From a phage, in the sequence record PX655591.1: a stretch of DNA of 38,819 bases. One strand, given 5' to 3'. Within the stretch, counting starts at the first letter, position 1, and every line of letters starts with the position of its first letter. The notes under the pieces were generated by a model, which was not told the origin of the DNA, searched no databases, and was given only the letters and a program-made list of their open reading frames with translations. Of this stretch, positions 1 through 8,124 are shown piece after piece. Position numbers and translations under genes: made by a program.

Positions 1-180
1 TAGGCCCTCTTTTAGTCCAGACCAAAGGCCCTACCCGTAGACCTTCGGTCTATACCTCTAGTCTATCATAAGGTTGGACCGGTTGTCAACACTTCAGGTC
101 AACTATAGGTAGAGGCTATTGCTGGAGGTCGGGACGATAGGTAGGGACTATTGGTCTGCCTCCGAGTCTCTATCTGTACA

Positions 181-302
181 ACCATAGGTCAAAACCATAA
201 GTCACAACCCACATCTCACAACCTACAGACTACAGACTACAGTCTAACCAACCATAAGTCACAACCTACAGTCTCAACCATAAGACACCAACACCTACAG
301 TC
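181..302 (+). repeat. Left-end array of short direct repeats (ACCATAAGTCACAACC twice at 194-209 and 251-266; CTACAGA tandem at about 227-247)
   Basis: Repeats read directly from sequence; position matches the short-repeat array near the left end of T7-like genomes. Confidence 0.6.
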
Positions 303-426
303 ATAGACCTACGGTTAATAGACACAAGGCTATAGACTTAAGGTCTAAGACATGTTAGTCAAAGACTATATCCTCTTACACCATGGGGCCGACGATAGCT
401 CAATCAATATTATTTGAAATAACCTA

Positions 427-456
427 TTGACTATAGGTACAGACTATGGCTTAATA
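427..456 (+). promoter_or_regulatory. Candidate host sigma70 early promoter (TTGACT -35 at 427-432, weak -10 near 450-456)
   Basis: Perfect -35-like hexamer with 17-18 nt spacer; position matches T7 A1-A3 early promoters upstream of gene 0.3; -10 is poor. Confidence 0.35.
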
Positions 457-567
457 GCTTCCGTCAACACGACACGGCAACAACCGGATAGTGAAGACGC
501 CGGGTCATCCCGGTTAAGTAGACAGCCTGATAAGTCATACGAAAAACAGGCAGATGACAGAAAGCAG

Positions 568-597
568 TTGACAAGATGTACCGACTTAAAGTAGTAT
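568..597 (+). promoter_or_regulatory. Candidate host sigma70 early promoter (TTGACA 568-573, 18 nt spacer, TAGTAT 592-597)
   Basis: Consensus -35 plus plausible -10, read from sequence, upstream of first gene. Confidence 0.45.
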
Positions 598-821
598 GTA
601 CCACATCGAAACGACAGTGAGTACCAACACTGAAACGGGATAGCACGGCGGCGACAGCCAACGCGAATGCTCTTTAACAATTTGGATAAACTCTTAATGT
701 GCGCCGATAGCGACTAACTACAGGGTCTTTGAGTCTACCGCGAGACGGGCTTGACTTGAGCGACTGAAGGCCCTGACTGATAGTCACTAAAATACATAAA
801 CAACTTTGAGAGGATATAACT

Positions 822-1331
822 ATGGAACGTAACGCTAAAGCATACTATGAGCTGCTGGCCGCAACCGTTGAAGCATTTAACGAGCGCATTCAGTACGACG
901 AAATAGCTGAAGGTGATGACTACCGTGATGCGCTGCATGAAGTCGTAGACGGTAATGTTCCGCACTATTACCACGAGATTTTCACGGTGATGGCTGCTGA
1001 TGGTATTGACCACGAGTTTGAGGACTCTGGGCTGATGCCTGATACCAAGGACGTAACGCGTATACTACAAGCTCGCATCTATGAGGCGCTATATAACGAT
1101 GTATCTAATAGCCGTGATGTGGTATGGTTTGAGGCTGAAGAGGAAGACGAAAGGGCTGAATATCGGGTAGTTGACACTAGAACAGGCGAGATAATTGAGG
1201 CAGCTGTATCACTTTACGAGGCTATTGCATGTGCAAAAGAACTCTATGAGGAAGGTTTTCACATGCAGGTCGAGGACATCAACGATAACGTAGTGTTTGA
1301 CCCTGCGGATGCTGAGGAGGACTGCGAGTGA
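822..1331 (+). CDS. Ocr-like DNA-mimic anti-restriction protein (gene 0.3-like) with C-terminal extension, 169 aa
   Basis: Translation has [43 protein letters not shown], closely matching T7 Ocr as recalled; acidic; RBS GAGAGGA upstream; first gene after early promoters. Confidence 0.85.
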   Translation: MERNAKAYYELLAATVEAFNERIQYDEIAEGDDYRDALHEVVDGNVPHYYHEIFTVMAADGIDHEFEDSGLMPDTKDVTRILQARIYEALYNDVSNSRDVVWFEAEEEDERAEYRVVDTRTGEIIEAAVSLYEAIACAKELYEEGFHMQVEDINDNVVFDPADAEEDCE

Positions 1332-1486
1332 TGGTAACTTATGGCCTCTGCCAGTACCACGTCACCACCGCCAGGCTTATGGTCAAGACTGGGCGGTTAA
1401 ACCACGATGAGACTATGCGTCTCCTGAAGGTGGTCTACAAGCGCCGCAAACGTATTCACGACAGCTTGCACGCTGAGGACAAGTAA
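1331..1486 (+). CDS. Small early ORF, 51 aa ([11 protein letters not shown]...), overlapping the Ocr stop (TGATG)
   Basis: Hand translation; translationally coupled; no recognised homolog. Confidence 0.35.
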   Translation: MVTYGLCQYHVTTARLMVKTGRLNHDETMRLLKVVYKRRKRIHDSLHAEDK

Positions 1487-1488
1487 AC

Positions 1489-1614
1489 ATGTACAAGATA
1501 ACTTATAGCAGTGAACAGGCGTTCTACGATGGGTGCTACGAAATGATGAAGCGCGGGGCTTGCTACGTGGCTGATCACCATAGCCTGACCATAACGCTAA
1601 CAGGCGGATACTGA
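1489..1614 (+). CDS. Small early ORF, 41 aa (MYKITYSSEQAFYDGCYEMMKRGACYV...)
   Basis: Hand translation; begins 2 nt after the preceding stop; no recognised homolog. Confidence 0.3.
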   Translation: MYKITYSSEQAFYDGCYEMMKRGACYVADHHSLTITLTGGY

Positions 1615-1684
1615 GTGATAGACGAGAGGTCATCGACTGATAGGTGGCCTCAAAGATTACCACTTGCATTAATAGGAGTTAACT

Positions 1685-1774
1685 ATGAGTGTGGGATATT
1701 GGGTCTGCCTAGCGCCAGTTATCTGGATGGTAGGTTATGGGATATACGATTGCATTAAACGGAAATCACTATGA
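1685..1774 (+). CDS. Small hydrophobic early ORF, 29 aa (MSVGYWVCLAPVIWMVGYGIYDC...)
   Basis: AGGAG RBS about 7 nt upstream; stop overlaps next start (ATGA). Confidence 0.3.
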   Translation: MSVGYWVCLAPVIWMVGYGIYDCIKRKSL

Positions 1775-1968
1775 GTCTTGCACTATTGATAGCCATAGGC
1801 TATGGACTTATCACCTACGTGCTGGTGAGAGACATCAACAAAGCGCGTAAAGTCTACAAATTCAACTATGTACGTCTGGGCCGCTGGACTGTACGTCAAC
1901 CTAACGGACGATTCATGCGCAACCTAGCGAACGTCTGGGATATAGCAACACTTGGGAGCAAACTGTAA
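1771..1968 (+). CDS. Hypothetical early protein, 65 aa, N-terminal hydrophobic helix then basic tail
   Basis: ORF track; N-terminus LALLIAIGYGLITYVLV; coupled to neighbours; sits where T7 has genes 0.4-0.6. Confidence 0.45.
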   Translation: MSLALLIAIGYGLITYVLVRDINKARKVYKFNYVRLGRWTVRQPNGRFMRNLANVWDIATLGSKL

Positions 1969-2294
1969 TGAAAAAGTCTTACGGGATTAATCTGGTACAC
2001 TCTATGGATGCAGACGCGAACATGTTAAGCCTACTGGCTACCGGGTATCGTCACGGAACGTCAAGTCACTCCGCACGTCAACAGCAGGAGCGTGACCGTG
2101 TACTACAGGCACGACTCCGGGCCGAGGGACATAAGTCCGAGCTGATGTGTCTGGCGTATGGTGGCCGACCACTTACCGACGATGGTAAACTTTTAGTCTC
2201 AGGCTGGAAGGCGATAGACCAACGGTCAGCCATCAAGCACACGACCCATGGTGACTTCAGTCATCTCCACGCTAACCCACTGATATGCAAGTGA
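1968..2294 (+). CDS. Hypothetical early protein, 108 aa
   Basis: ORF track; TAATG overlap with upstream ORF; no recognised motif. Confidence 0.5.
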   Translation: MKKSYGINLVHSMDADANMLSLLATGYRHGTSSHSARQQQERDRVLQARLRAEGHKSELMCLAYGGRPLTDDGKLLVSGWKAIDQRSAIKHTTHGDFSHLHANPLICK

Positions 2295-2299
2295 TTCTG

Positions 2300-2322
2300 A
2301 CTTAACTATCACTATAGGACTC
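2300..2322 (+). promoter_or_regulatory. Phage RNAP promoter (ACTTAACTATCACTATAGGACTC), upstream of the RNAP gene
   Basis: One of 11 near-identical 23-mers resembling T7 promoter core CACTATAGG; intergenic. Confidence 0.8.
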
Positions 2323-2391
2323 AAGGTCTAATACTCCAAGTGAAAGACCGAAGAGACTTTAAGTGAAAGACTAATAACAAGGACTTTAAGT

Positions 2392-5073
2392 ATGGGCGTC
2401 ATCTCTATTGACAAACACGACTTCTCTGATGTGTCGAACGCCATTGAGCCGTTTAACCTGCTGGCTGACCACTACGGGCAAGACCTTGCAGTCAAACAGC
2501 TTCAGCTTGAGCATGAGGCATACACTGAAGGCGAGCGACGTTTCATCAAGAACCTTGAGCGCCAGACCGAGCGCGGGGAACTAGCAGACAATCAGGTCGC
2601 CAAGCCTCTTATGCAGACTCTGGTTCCTAAGATTGCGCAAGCCGTCAAGGAGTGGCATGAAGGTCCAGACGGGAAGCTGTCAACCTCTCGTCCGAGCGTA
2701 GCGTTCACCATGTTGAGTACTGAAGAGAAGGCCGTAAAGGACCGCTCTTTGCGTATCTCCTGTGAGTCTGCTGCAGTTATCATACTGAAGGTCATCCTCT
2801 CCAAGCTGGTCAAGCCTGAAGGGATACCGATTACACCGATGGCCTCCGCGATAGGTCGCACACTTGAGGATGAAATCCGATTCGGTCGAATTCGTGACAA
2901 GGAGAAGGAGCATTTCAAGAAGGCGATAGCTGATAACCTGAACAAGAGAGTCGGGGCATCATACAAGAAGGCCTACATGCAAGCGGTTGAGACATCCATG
3001 TTGGAGCAAGGTCAACTGGAAGATGCGTGGGGGACTTGGAGTCCGACCGAGGCTGTCCACGTTGGTATCAAGATGCTTGAGATTGTCATCCAGTCAACAC
3101 AACTGGTCGAGCTTAAGCGTTACGGTGCTGGCAATGCAGCGGCTGACGTTGAGATGGTCCATCTGTCAGACTTCTGGGTCAAGAAGATGGCACAAAGAGG
3201 ATTCAGCCTTGCGGGTATCGCTCCAGTCTACCAGCCTTGCGTAGTTCCACCTAAGCCGTGGACTGGTGTCGTAGGCGGTGGGTACTGGGCCAAAGGTCGC
3301 AGACCACTACCACTGATTCGATTAGGGTCTAAGTCTGCGGTGGCGCGTTATGAAGATGTGTACATGCCTGAAGTCTATGACGCTGTGAATATCATCCAGA
3401 ATACGCCTTGGAAAGTGAACAAGAAGGTGCTGGACGTGGTGAACATGGTCGAGAAGCTGAACAACACGCCTATTGATGACATCCCGCAGATGGAACCACT
3501 GAAGCCTGAGGACTATGCGGGTGAGACCGAAGAGGAACTCAAGGCATGGAAGAAGACTGCTGCTGGTATCTACCGCCGAGAGAAGGCCCGGCAGTCACGC
3601 AGATTGTCACTGAGCTTTATCGTTAACCAAGCGAACAAGTTCTCTCAGTTCAAGGCCATCTGGTTCCCGTACAACATGGACTGGCGTGGTCGCGTCTACG
3701 CTGTGCCGATGTTCAACCCTCAGGGTAACGACATGCAAAAGGGTCTACTGACTCTGGCAGTCGGCAAGCCTATTGGTGCCGATGGCTTCAAATGGCTGAA
3801 GGTCCACGGTGCAAACTGCGCGGGTGTCGATAAAGTCACCTTCGAGGAGCGCATCAAGTGGGTGGAAGACAACCACGACAACATCATGGCTACTGCTAAA
3901 GCACCGATGGATAGCATTGAGTGGTGGGGCAAGTTAGACTCTCCGTTCTGCTTCCTTGCGTTCTGCTTCGAGTATGCTGGCGTAATGCACCACGGATTGT
4001 CTTACTCCTGCTCTCTACCGATAGCATTCGATGGGTCCTGCTCTGGGATTCAGCACTTCAGCGCTATGCTTCGTGACCACATCGGTGGACATGCAGTAAA
4101 CCTAACGCCATCCGGTAAGGTCCAAGACATCTACCGCATCGTGTCTGATCGCATTGAGGAGGAACTTAAAGTCCTGCTGGTTAACGGCACGGATAACGAG
4201 ATGGTCACTCACGAGGACAAGAAAACTGGTGAGATCACCGAACGTCTCAAGCTAGGGACACGAGAGCTGGCCCGGCAGTGGCTGACTTACGGTATGTCAC
4301 GTAAGGTCACTAAGCGTTCAGTAATGACTCTGGCCTACGGGTCGAAAGAGTACGGCTTCGCAGACCAAGTGTACGAGGACATCGTGATGCCAGCGATTGA
4401 CTCAGGGTCTGGCGCTATGTTCACCGAGCCAAGCCAAGCGTCTCGCTTCATGGCTAAGATGATTTGGGAAGCTGTGAGTGTGACCGTAGTTGCTGCTGTT
4501 GACGCGATGAAGTGGCTTCAAGGAGCTGCCAAGCTGCTGGCTGCTGAAGTGAAGGACAAGAAGACTGGAGAAATCCTGAAGCCTTGCCTCCCGGTACACT
4601 GGGTCACACCTGATGGGTTCCCGGTCTGGCAGGAATACCGCAAGAAGGATACCACCCGTCTGAACCTGATGTTCTTAGGGTCATTCAACCTTCAGCCTAC
4701 CGTCAACAGAGGCACGAAGAAAGAGCTGGACAAGCACAAGCAGGAGTCAGGCATTAGCCCGAACTTCGTCCACTCACAAGATGGTAGCCACCTCCGCAAG
4801 ACTGTAGTCCACACTCACCGCAAGTATGGAGTGATGTCATTCGCAGTGATTCATGATAGCTTCGGGACCATCCCTGCTGACGCTGAGTACCTGTTCCGTG
4901 GCGTCCGGGAGACGATGGTAGAGACCTACCGCGACAACGATGTGCTGCTGGACTTCTATGAGCAGTTTGAATGCCAGCTTCACGAGAGCCAGCGCGACAA
5001 GCTGCCAGAGCTTCCGAAGAAAGGTAAACTGAATATAGAAGACATATTGTCTTCCGACTTTGCATTCGCTTAA
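2392..5073 (+). CDS. Single-subunit DNA-directed RNA polymerase (T7 gene 1-like), 893 aa
   Basis: Extensive recalled identity to T7 RNAP (e.g. DGSCSGIQHFSAMLRD, ends SDFAFA). Confidence 0.97.
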   Translation: MGVISIDKHDFSDVSNAIEPFNLLADHYGQDLAVKQLQLEHEAYTEGERRFIKNLERQTERGELADNQVAKPLMQTLVPKIAQAVKEWHEGPDGKLSTSRPSVAFTMLSTEEKAVKDRSLRISCESAAVIILKVILSKLVKPEGIPITPMASAIGRTLEDEIRFGRIRDKEKEHFKKAIADNLNKRVGASYKKAYMQAVETSMLEQGQLEDAWGTWSPTEAVHVGIKMLEIVIQSTQLVELKRYGAGNAAADVEMVHLSDFWVKKMAQRGFSLAGIAPVYQPCVVPPKPWTGVVGGGYWAKGRRPLPLIRLGSKSAVARYEDVYMPEVYDAVNIIQNTPWKVNKKVLDVVNMVEKLNNTPIDDIPQMEPLKPEDYAGETEEELKAWKKTAAGIYRREKARQSRRLSLSFIVNQANKFSQFKAIWFPYNMDWRGRVYAVPMFNPQGNDMQKGLLTLAVGKPIGADGFKWLKVHGANCAGVDKVTFEERIKWVEDNHDNIMATAKAPMDSIEWWGKLDSPFCFLAFCFEYAGVMHHGLSYSCSLPIAFDGSCSGIQHFSAMLRDHIGGHAVNLTPSGKVQDIYRIVSDRIEEELKVLLVNGTDNEMVTHEDKKTGEITERLKLGTRELARQWLTYGMSRKVTKRSVMTLAYGSKEYGFADQVYEDIVMPAIDSGSGAMFTEPSQASRFMAKMIWEAVSVTVVAAVDAMKWLQGAAKLLAAEVKDKKTGEILKPCLPVHWVTPDGFPVWQEYRKKDTTRLNLMFLGSFNLQPTVNRGTKKELDKHKQESGISPNFVHSQDGSHLRKTVVHTHRKYGVMSFAVIHDSFGTIPADAEYLFRGVRETMVETYRDNDVLLDFYEQFECQLHESQRDKLPELPKKGKLNIEDILSSDFAFA

Positions 5074-5089
5074 CAGGAGAGAGAGAGTT

Positions 5090-5290
5090 ATGAAATTCGC
5101 ACACAAGCAGACTGGCGTTAAGGGTGGGACTCAAATCGTGACCGTAACAGAACACAACGGCAAGGGTCTGGTGAAGACCACTGTCATACCTACCGAGATG
5201 TCAAAGCAGCTTAAAGTCCCATTCAAGTGGTTGGTTAAGCAGGTGGAGCAGGCACACGAACAGGCTCTTAAAGAGGCGGCAACAAAATGA
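5090..5290 (+). CDS. Hypothetical protein, 66 aa (MKFAHKQTGVKGG...)
   Basis: Strong RBS GGAGAGAGAGAG upstream of ATG 5090; in-frame with track ORF 5060-5290; no T7 counterpart recalled at this position. Confidence 0.5.
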   Translation: MKFAHKQTGVKGGTQIVTVTEHNGKGLVKTTVIPTEMSKQLKVPFKWLVKQVEQAHEQALKEAATK

Positions 5291-5365
5291 CAGACCTACA
5301 GTTACTGGCCTTGTGGCTAGGAGCACTCGCAGTATTCACTTTAATCCAACGCAGAAGAGGTTAAC
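5288..5365 (+). CDS. Small hydrophobic peptide ORF, 25 aa (MTDLQLLALWLGALAVFTLIQRRRG)
   Basis: Hand translation; ATGA overlap with upstream ORF; very short. Confidence 0.25.
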
Positions 5366-5388
5366 CCTAAACTATCACTATAGGATTA
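5366..5388 (+). promoter_or_regulatory. Phage RNAP promoter (CCTAAACTATCACTATAGGATTA)
   Basis: Conserved 23-mer; position matches T7 phi1.1 promoters near the primary replication origin. Confidence 0.85.
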
Positions 5389-5423
5389 GACTCAAGGTCA
5401 TGACTCAAAGTCGTGGCCTTCAT
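5386..5423 (+). promoter_or_regulatory. RNase III-type processing hairpin (TAGACTCAAGGTCAT...GTGGCCTTCAT)
   Basis: Stem AAGGUCA/UGGCCUU with one G-U pair; same flanks recur at 12381 and 35433 with different loops. Confidence 0.6.
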
Positions 5424-5461
5424 GATTAACCCTAAATAAACACTACTGGAGATTTAACCAT

Positions 5462-5641
5462 ATGTATCAGAACACTATCAACTTCGAGCGCATCCGTGGA
5501 CGTCAGCAGACTGAAGGTTACATTCCGAAGGGCCGCAAGCTGAACAAGACCAAGCGTGGTGGTGGTATCAAAGGCGCTTTCCGTAATGCTGAAGGTAAAG
5601 ACTCTATTGTTAACCAAGAGAAATATTTCGTAGGAGTATAA
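5462..5641 (+). CDS. Gene 1.1-like small basic protein, 59 aa
   Basis: Contains KGRKLNKTKR as in T7 gp1.1 (recalled); position after phi1.1. Confidence 0.7.
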   Translation: MYQNTINFERIRGRQQTEGYIPKGRKLNKTKRGGGIKGAFRNAEGKDSIVNQEKYFVGV

Positions 5642-5645
5642 CCAA

Positions 5646-5933
5646 ATGGGCATGTTCTCAAGAGCACATAGTGGCAACCTGAACACTCTGCGTCAGGCCA
5701 TCAACAACTGGCAGACCGAGACGGAATACAATGCAGAGATCAGCACTTGGTTTGACCCGGTGATGAACAGGACTTGTATCAAAGCGGTAATAGTCCACGC
5801 TCAAACAAGAGAGGTACTCATCGAGAAGGACTTCACGGAGTACCCAAATATCCACGCCGCAGATGTGGAGGCCATTGCGGTAGCCACTTGGTTCAATAAA
5901 CAGTTCAACGACTACACTGGTCGATTCCTTTAA
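5646..5933 (+). CDS. Gene 1.2-like protein (dGTPase inhibitor position), 95 aa
   Basis: Position and size; weak recalled similarity to T7 gp1.2 (MG...SGNL). Confidence 0.55.
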   Translation: MGMFSRAHSGNLNTLRQAINNWQTETEYNAEISTWFDPVMNRTCIKAVIVHAQTREVLIEKDFTEYPNIHAADVEAIAVATWFNKQFNDYTGRFL

Positions 5934-5947
5934 TTCTGGAGACATTA

Positions 5948-6985
5948 ATGATGACAACTATCAAAACAAAACCGCACCGCGCTGTAGATTACTCCGAGCC
6001 TGGTATTAAGAAGGCACTGGAAGCAGCTGGGTCTCTGGAAGCTGAAGTGAAGTATGACGGTGTGCGTCTAAACCTACTGGTCCTGCGTGAAGGTGAGACC
6101 TACTGGCTGAGCCGTGAGTCTAAACCTCTTCCAGCCTTGGAGTGGATGAACTCTGAGTTAGGGAATGCGTGGACCCAAGCTGAGTGGCGATGGTTCCTGC
6201 GTCAAGCTGGCTACGAAGGAGTGGGCTTAATGATTGATGGCGAGGTCATGGTCAAAGGCGTGGACTTCAATACCTCCTCAGGTCTCATCCGAACGAAGTG
6301 GGTAAAGCAAAAGAACTTTGAGTTTTCAACTGGTGAGCACTGGGGTAAGAGCTGGAAGAAAGAGAATCTACCGTTCTGTCTTGACAGGAAGCACATCAAG
6401 GTAGTCGTCTACGGTATCGTGGACCTTAACGTCATCCTCGACCCGAAGGCCGAAGGTCCTATCCATAGCGTCACACGCCTGAAGGCCGAAGCTATCGTAC
6501 CCCTCCTCCAGAAATACTTCCCGGAAATTGACTGGGTTCTGTCTGAGAGTCATACAGTGTTCAACCTTGAGTCTCTTCGTGATTTGTACGAGGAGAAGCG
6601 AGCAGATGGACATGAAGGTCTGGTAGTCAAGGATCCACTGGGCAAATACAAGCGTGGTAAGAAGTCTGGTATGTGGAAGATGAAGCCAAGTGAAGAGGCA
6701 GATGGTCACGTTGTTCGCCCGGTGTGGGGAACAGAAGGTCTAGCCAACGAAGGTATGGTCATCGGCTTTGACGTTATGCTCGAGAACGGGATGGAGGTCT
6801 CCGCAACTAACATTAGTCGTGCCCTTATGTCCGAGTTTACGGAGAACGTTAAGTCAGACCCTGACTACTACAAAGGGTGGGCTTGCCAGATTACCTACAT
6901 GGAGGAGACACCAGATGGCTCATTGCGACACCCCTCGTTCGACCAGTGGCGTGGAACTGAGGATAATCCTACAGTCAAGATTTAA
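5948..6985 (+). CDS. ATP-dependent DNA ligase (gene 1.3-like), 345 aa
   Basis: KxDG adenylation motif (EVKYDGVR) and long recalled identity to T7 ligase (WACQITYMEETPDGSLRHPSF). Confidence 0.95.
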   Translation: MMTTIKTKPHRAVDYSEPGIKKALEAAGSLEAEVKYDGVRLNLLVLREGETYWLSRESKPLPALEWMNSELGNAWTQAEWRWFLRQAGYEGVGLMIDGEVMVKGVDFNTSSGLIRTKWVKQKNFEFSTGEHWGKSWKKENLPFCLDRKHIKVVVYGIVDLNVILDPKAEGPIHSVTRLKAEAIVPLLQKYFPEIDWVLSESHTVFNLESLRDLYEEKRADGHEGLVVKDPLGKYKRGKKSGMWKMKPSEEADGHVVRPVWGTEGLANEGMVIGFDVMLENGMEVSATNISRALMSEFTENVKSDPDYYKGWACQITYMEETPDGSLRHPSFDQWRGTEDNPTVKI

Positions 6986-7014
6986 GGCTACATTAAGAGA
7001 TTCATTATGATATC

Positions 7015-7048
7015 AACCCAGTGGTCTTAGGACTGCTGGGTTTCTTTG
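7015..7048 (+). terminator. Intrinsic terminator after the ligase gene (T7 TE-like): 12-bp stem, UUAG loop, U-rich tail
   Basis: AACCCAGUGGUC-UUAG-GACUGCUGGGUU followed by TTTCTTT, read from sequence; same position as T7 early terminator. Confidence 0.7.
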
Positions 7049-7088
7049 CTTTGTGCTAGCAAGCTATCGTCTGGGCCACCAGCTGGAC

Positions 7089-7111
7089 CCTAAGCTATCA
7101 CTATAGGACTA
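7089..7111 (+). promoter_or_regulatory. Phage RNAP promoter (CCTAAGCTATCACTATAGGACTA)
   Basis: Conserved 23-mer with one substitution; intergenic. Confidence 0.8.
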
Positions 7112-7135
7112 CAACCAACAACCTAAGGAGACGCT

Positions 7136-7396
7136 ATGTCTAAGAACTTAATGTTCAACCGTTATTCCAATACCTTCCACCTGTCCAACAACCCGTTCGC
7201 TTGCATTAAGCGCAACGAGAAGCTCGGATACTTCGGGAAGGCAGTTAAGTTATCACCTACAGTCTTCGCGCTGATTACTCCTGGCAAAGCTGAAGAGGCT
7301 CGCCAGAAGCGTGAGACCAGCGTACCTGTGGTCTACACTAAGTGGCCTCGCGTTCGTCTGTTCGTTGAGTTCGTGAAGGAGGTGGTCAATGTTTAA
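7136..7396 (+). CDS. Gene 1.6-like hypothetical protein, 86 aa
   Basis: ORF with RBS AAGGAG; assigned by position only. Confidence 0.5.
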   Translation: MSKNLMFNRYSNTFHLSNNPFACIKRNEKLGYFGKAVKLSPTVFALITPGKAEEARQKRETSVPVVYTKWPRVRLFVEFVKEVVNV

Positions 7397-7829
7397 GGTT
7401 GGGGATACAGTTGAATATGTTGGACCAGTTGAAGCCTACATGGGGCTCTCAGGTGGCAAGGTGATTATAGTTAGAGGGCCGGCAGTTGGCGTTAAGTGGC
7501 CCCATTTATCTGAACCAGTCATTCACTCCTCTAGAGCCTTAAGTATTACCAATCAGGAGCAGGCTGAGACGCCAACAATAGGTCAGGAAGACAGCGTCCG
7601 TAAGCCGTCCCACTATCAGGTCTTTGACGGTGTTGAATCCATTGAGATTATCGCTCGGTCAATGACTGTCAGCGAGTTCCGTGGTTTCTGCATGGGTAAC
7701 GTCCTGAAGTATCGACTCCGGGCCGGTAAGAAGTCCGAGCTGGCCACTATGGAGAAGGACCTGAACAAAGCAGCCTTCTATCAGGAGCTGTTCGACCTGC
7801 ATAAAGGTAAGTGCTATGCTGCCGAGTGA
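7389..7829 (+). CDS. Gene 1.7-like hypothetical protein, 146 aa
   Basis: RBS GAAGGAGG; assigned by position; C-terminal PSHY...GNVLKYRLRAGKK motif resembles a phage DUF-type domain (uncertain). Confidence 0.5.
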   Translation: MFKVGDTVEYVGPVEAYMGLSGGKVIIVRGPAVGVKWPHLSEPVIHSSRALSITNQEQAETPTIGQEDSVRKPSHYQVFDGVESIEIIARSMTVSEFRGFCMGNVLKYRLRAGKKSELATMEKDLNKAAFYQELFDLHKGKCYAAE

Positions 7830-7911
7830 GTGGTGCCGGGAGATGTATGAGAAGACTCTCAACCCGGACTACATTACGTTATACAACCAATGGAAGGAGC
7901 GCGGTTTATGA
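7816..7911 (+). CDS. Gene 1.8-like small ORF, 31 aa
   Basis: Hand translation; overlaps gene 1.7 end and gene 2 start; start codon uncertain. Confidence 0.3.
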   Translation: MLPSEWCREMYEKTLNPDYITLYNQWKERGL

Positions 7912-8066
7912 CTGAGGTTGAGAAGAAATACATCGTGGAGCTTGAGGGTCGCGTTCAGTCCTTCGAGGTTCCGGTGTACGCAAAGTCTCTTGAAGAGGCT
8001 ACCCTGAAGTCCCAAGAGTATGAGGACGCTGGGTTTGTGGTAGGACGGATTCGTCCTGAGACCTAA
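7908..8066 (+). CDS. Host RNA polymerase inhibitor (gene 2-like), 52 aa
   Basis: [15 protein letters not shown]...GFVVGRIRP matches recalled T7 Gp2 (HSFEVPIYAETLDEA...GFEVTRVRP). Confidence 0.8.
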   Translation: MTEVEKKYIVELEGRVQSFEVPVYAKSLEEATLKSQEYEDAGFVVGRIRPET

Positions 8067-8084
8067 ACTATCACTGTAGGACAG
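8062..8084 (+). promoter_or_regulatory. Phage RNAP promoter variant (CCTAAACTATCACTGTAGGACAG)
   Basis: Conserved 23-mer with A to G at -3; upstream of SSB gene. Confidence 0.6.
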
Positions 8085-8124
8085 ACGTCCAGTTCGTAAC
8101 TTTTAAATTAGGAGATTTACACCA

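Noticed and set aside
427-445. TTGACTATAGG as a possible phage RNAP promoter (phiOL-like)
   Set aside because: Matches the consensus only from -6 to +2 and is mismatched through the upstream specificity region; better explained as the -35 element of a host promoter
751-800. Third host promoter candidate (TTGACT at 751-756)
   Set aside because: No acceptable -10 hexamer at 16-19 nt spacing
1397-1669. 90-aa minus-strand ORF in the early region
   Set aside because: Opposes the direction of the early transcription unit and overlaps coupled plus-strand small ORFs
2318-2351. Fourth RNase III-type site after the promoter at 2300
   Set aside because: Shares GACTCAAGGTC but lacks the conserved GTGGCCTT partner; only a 5-bp stem is possible
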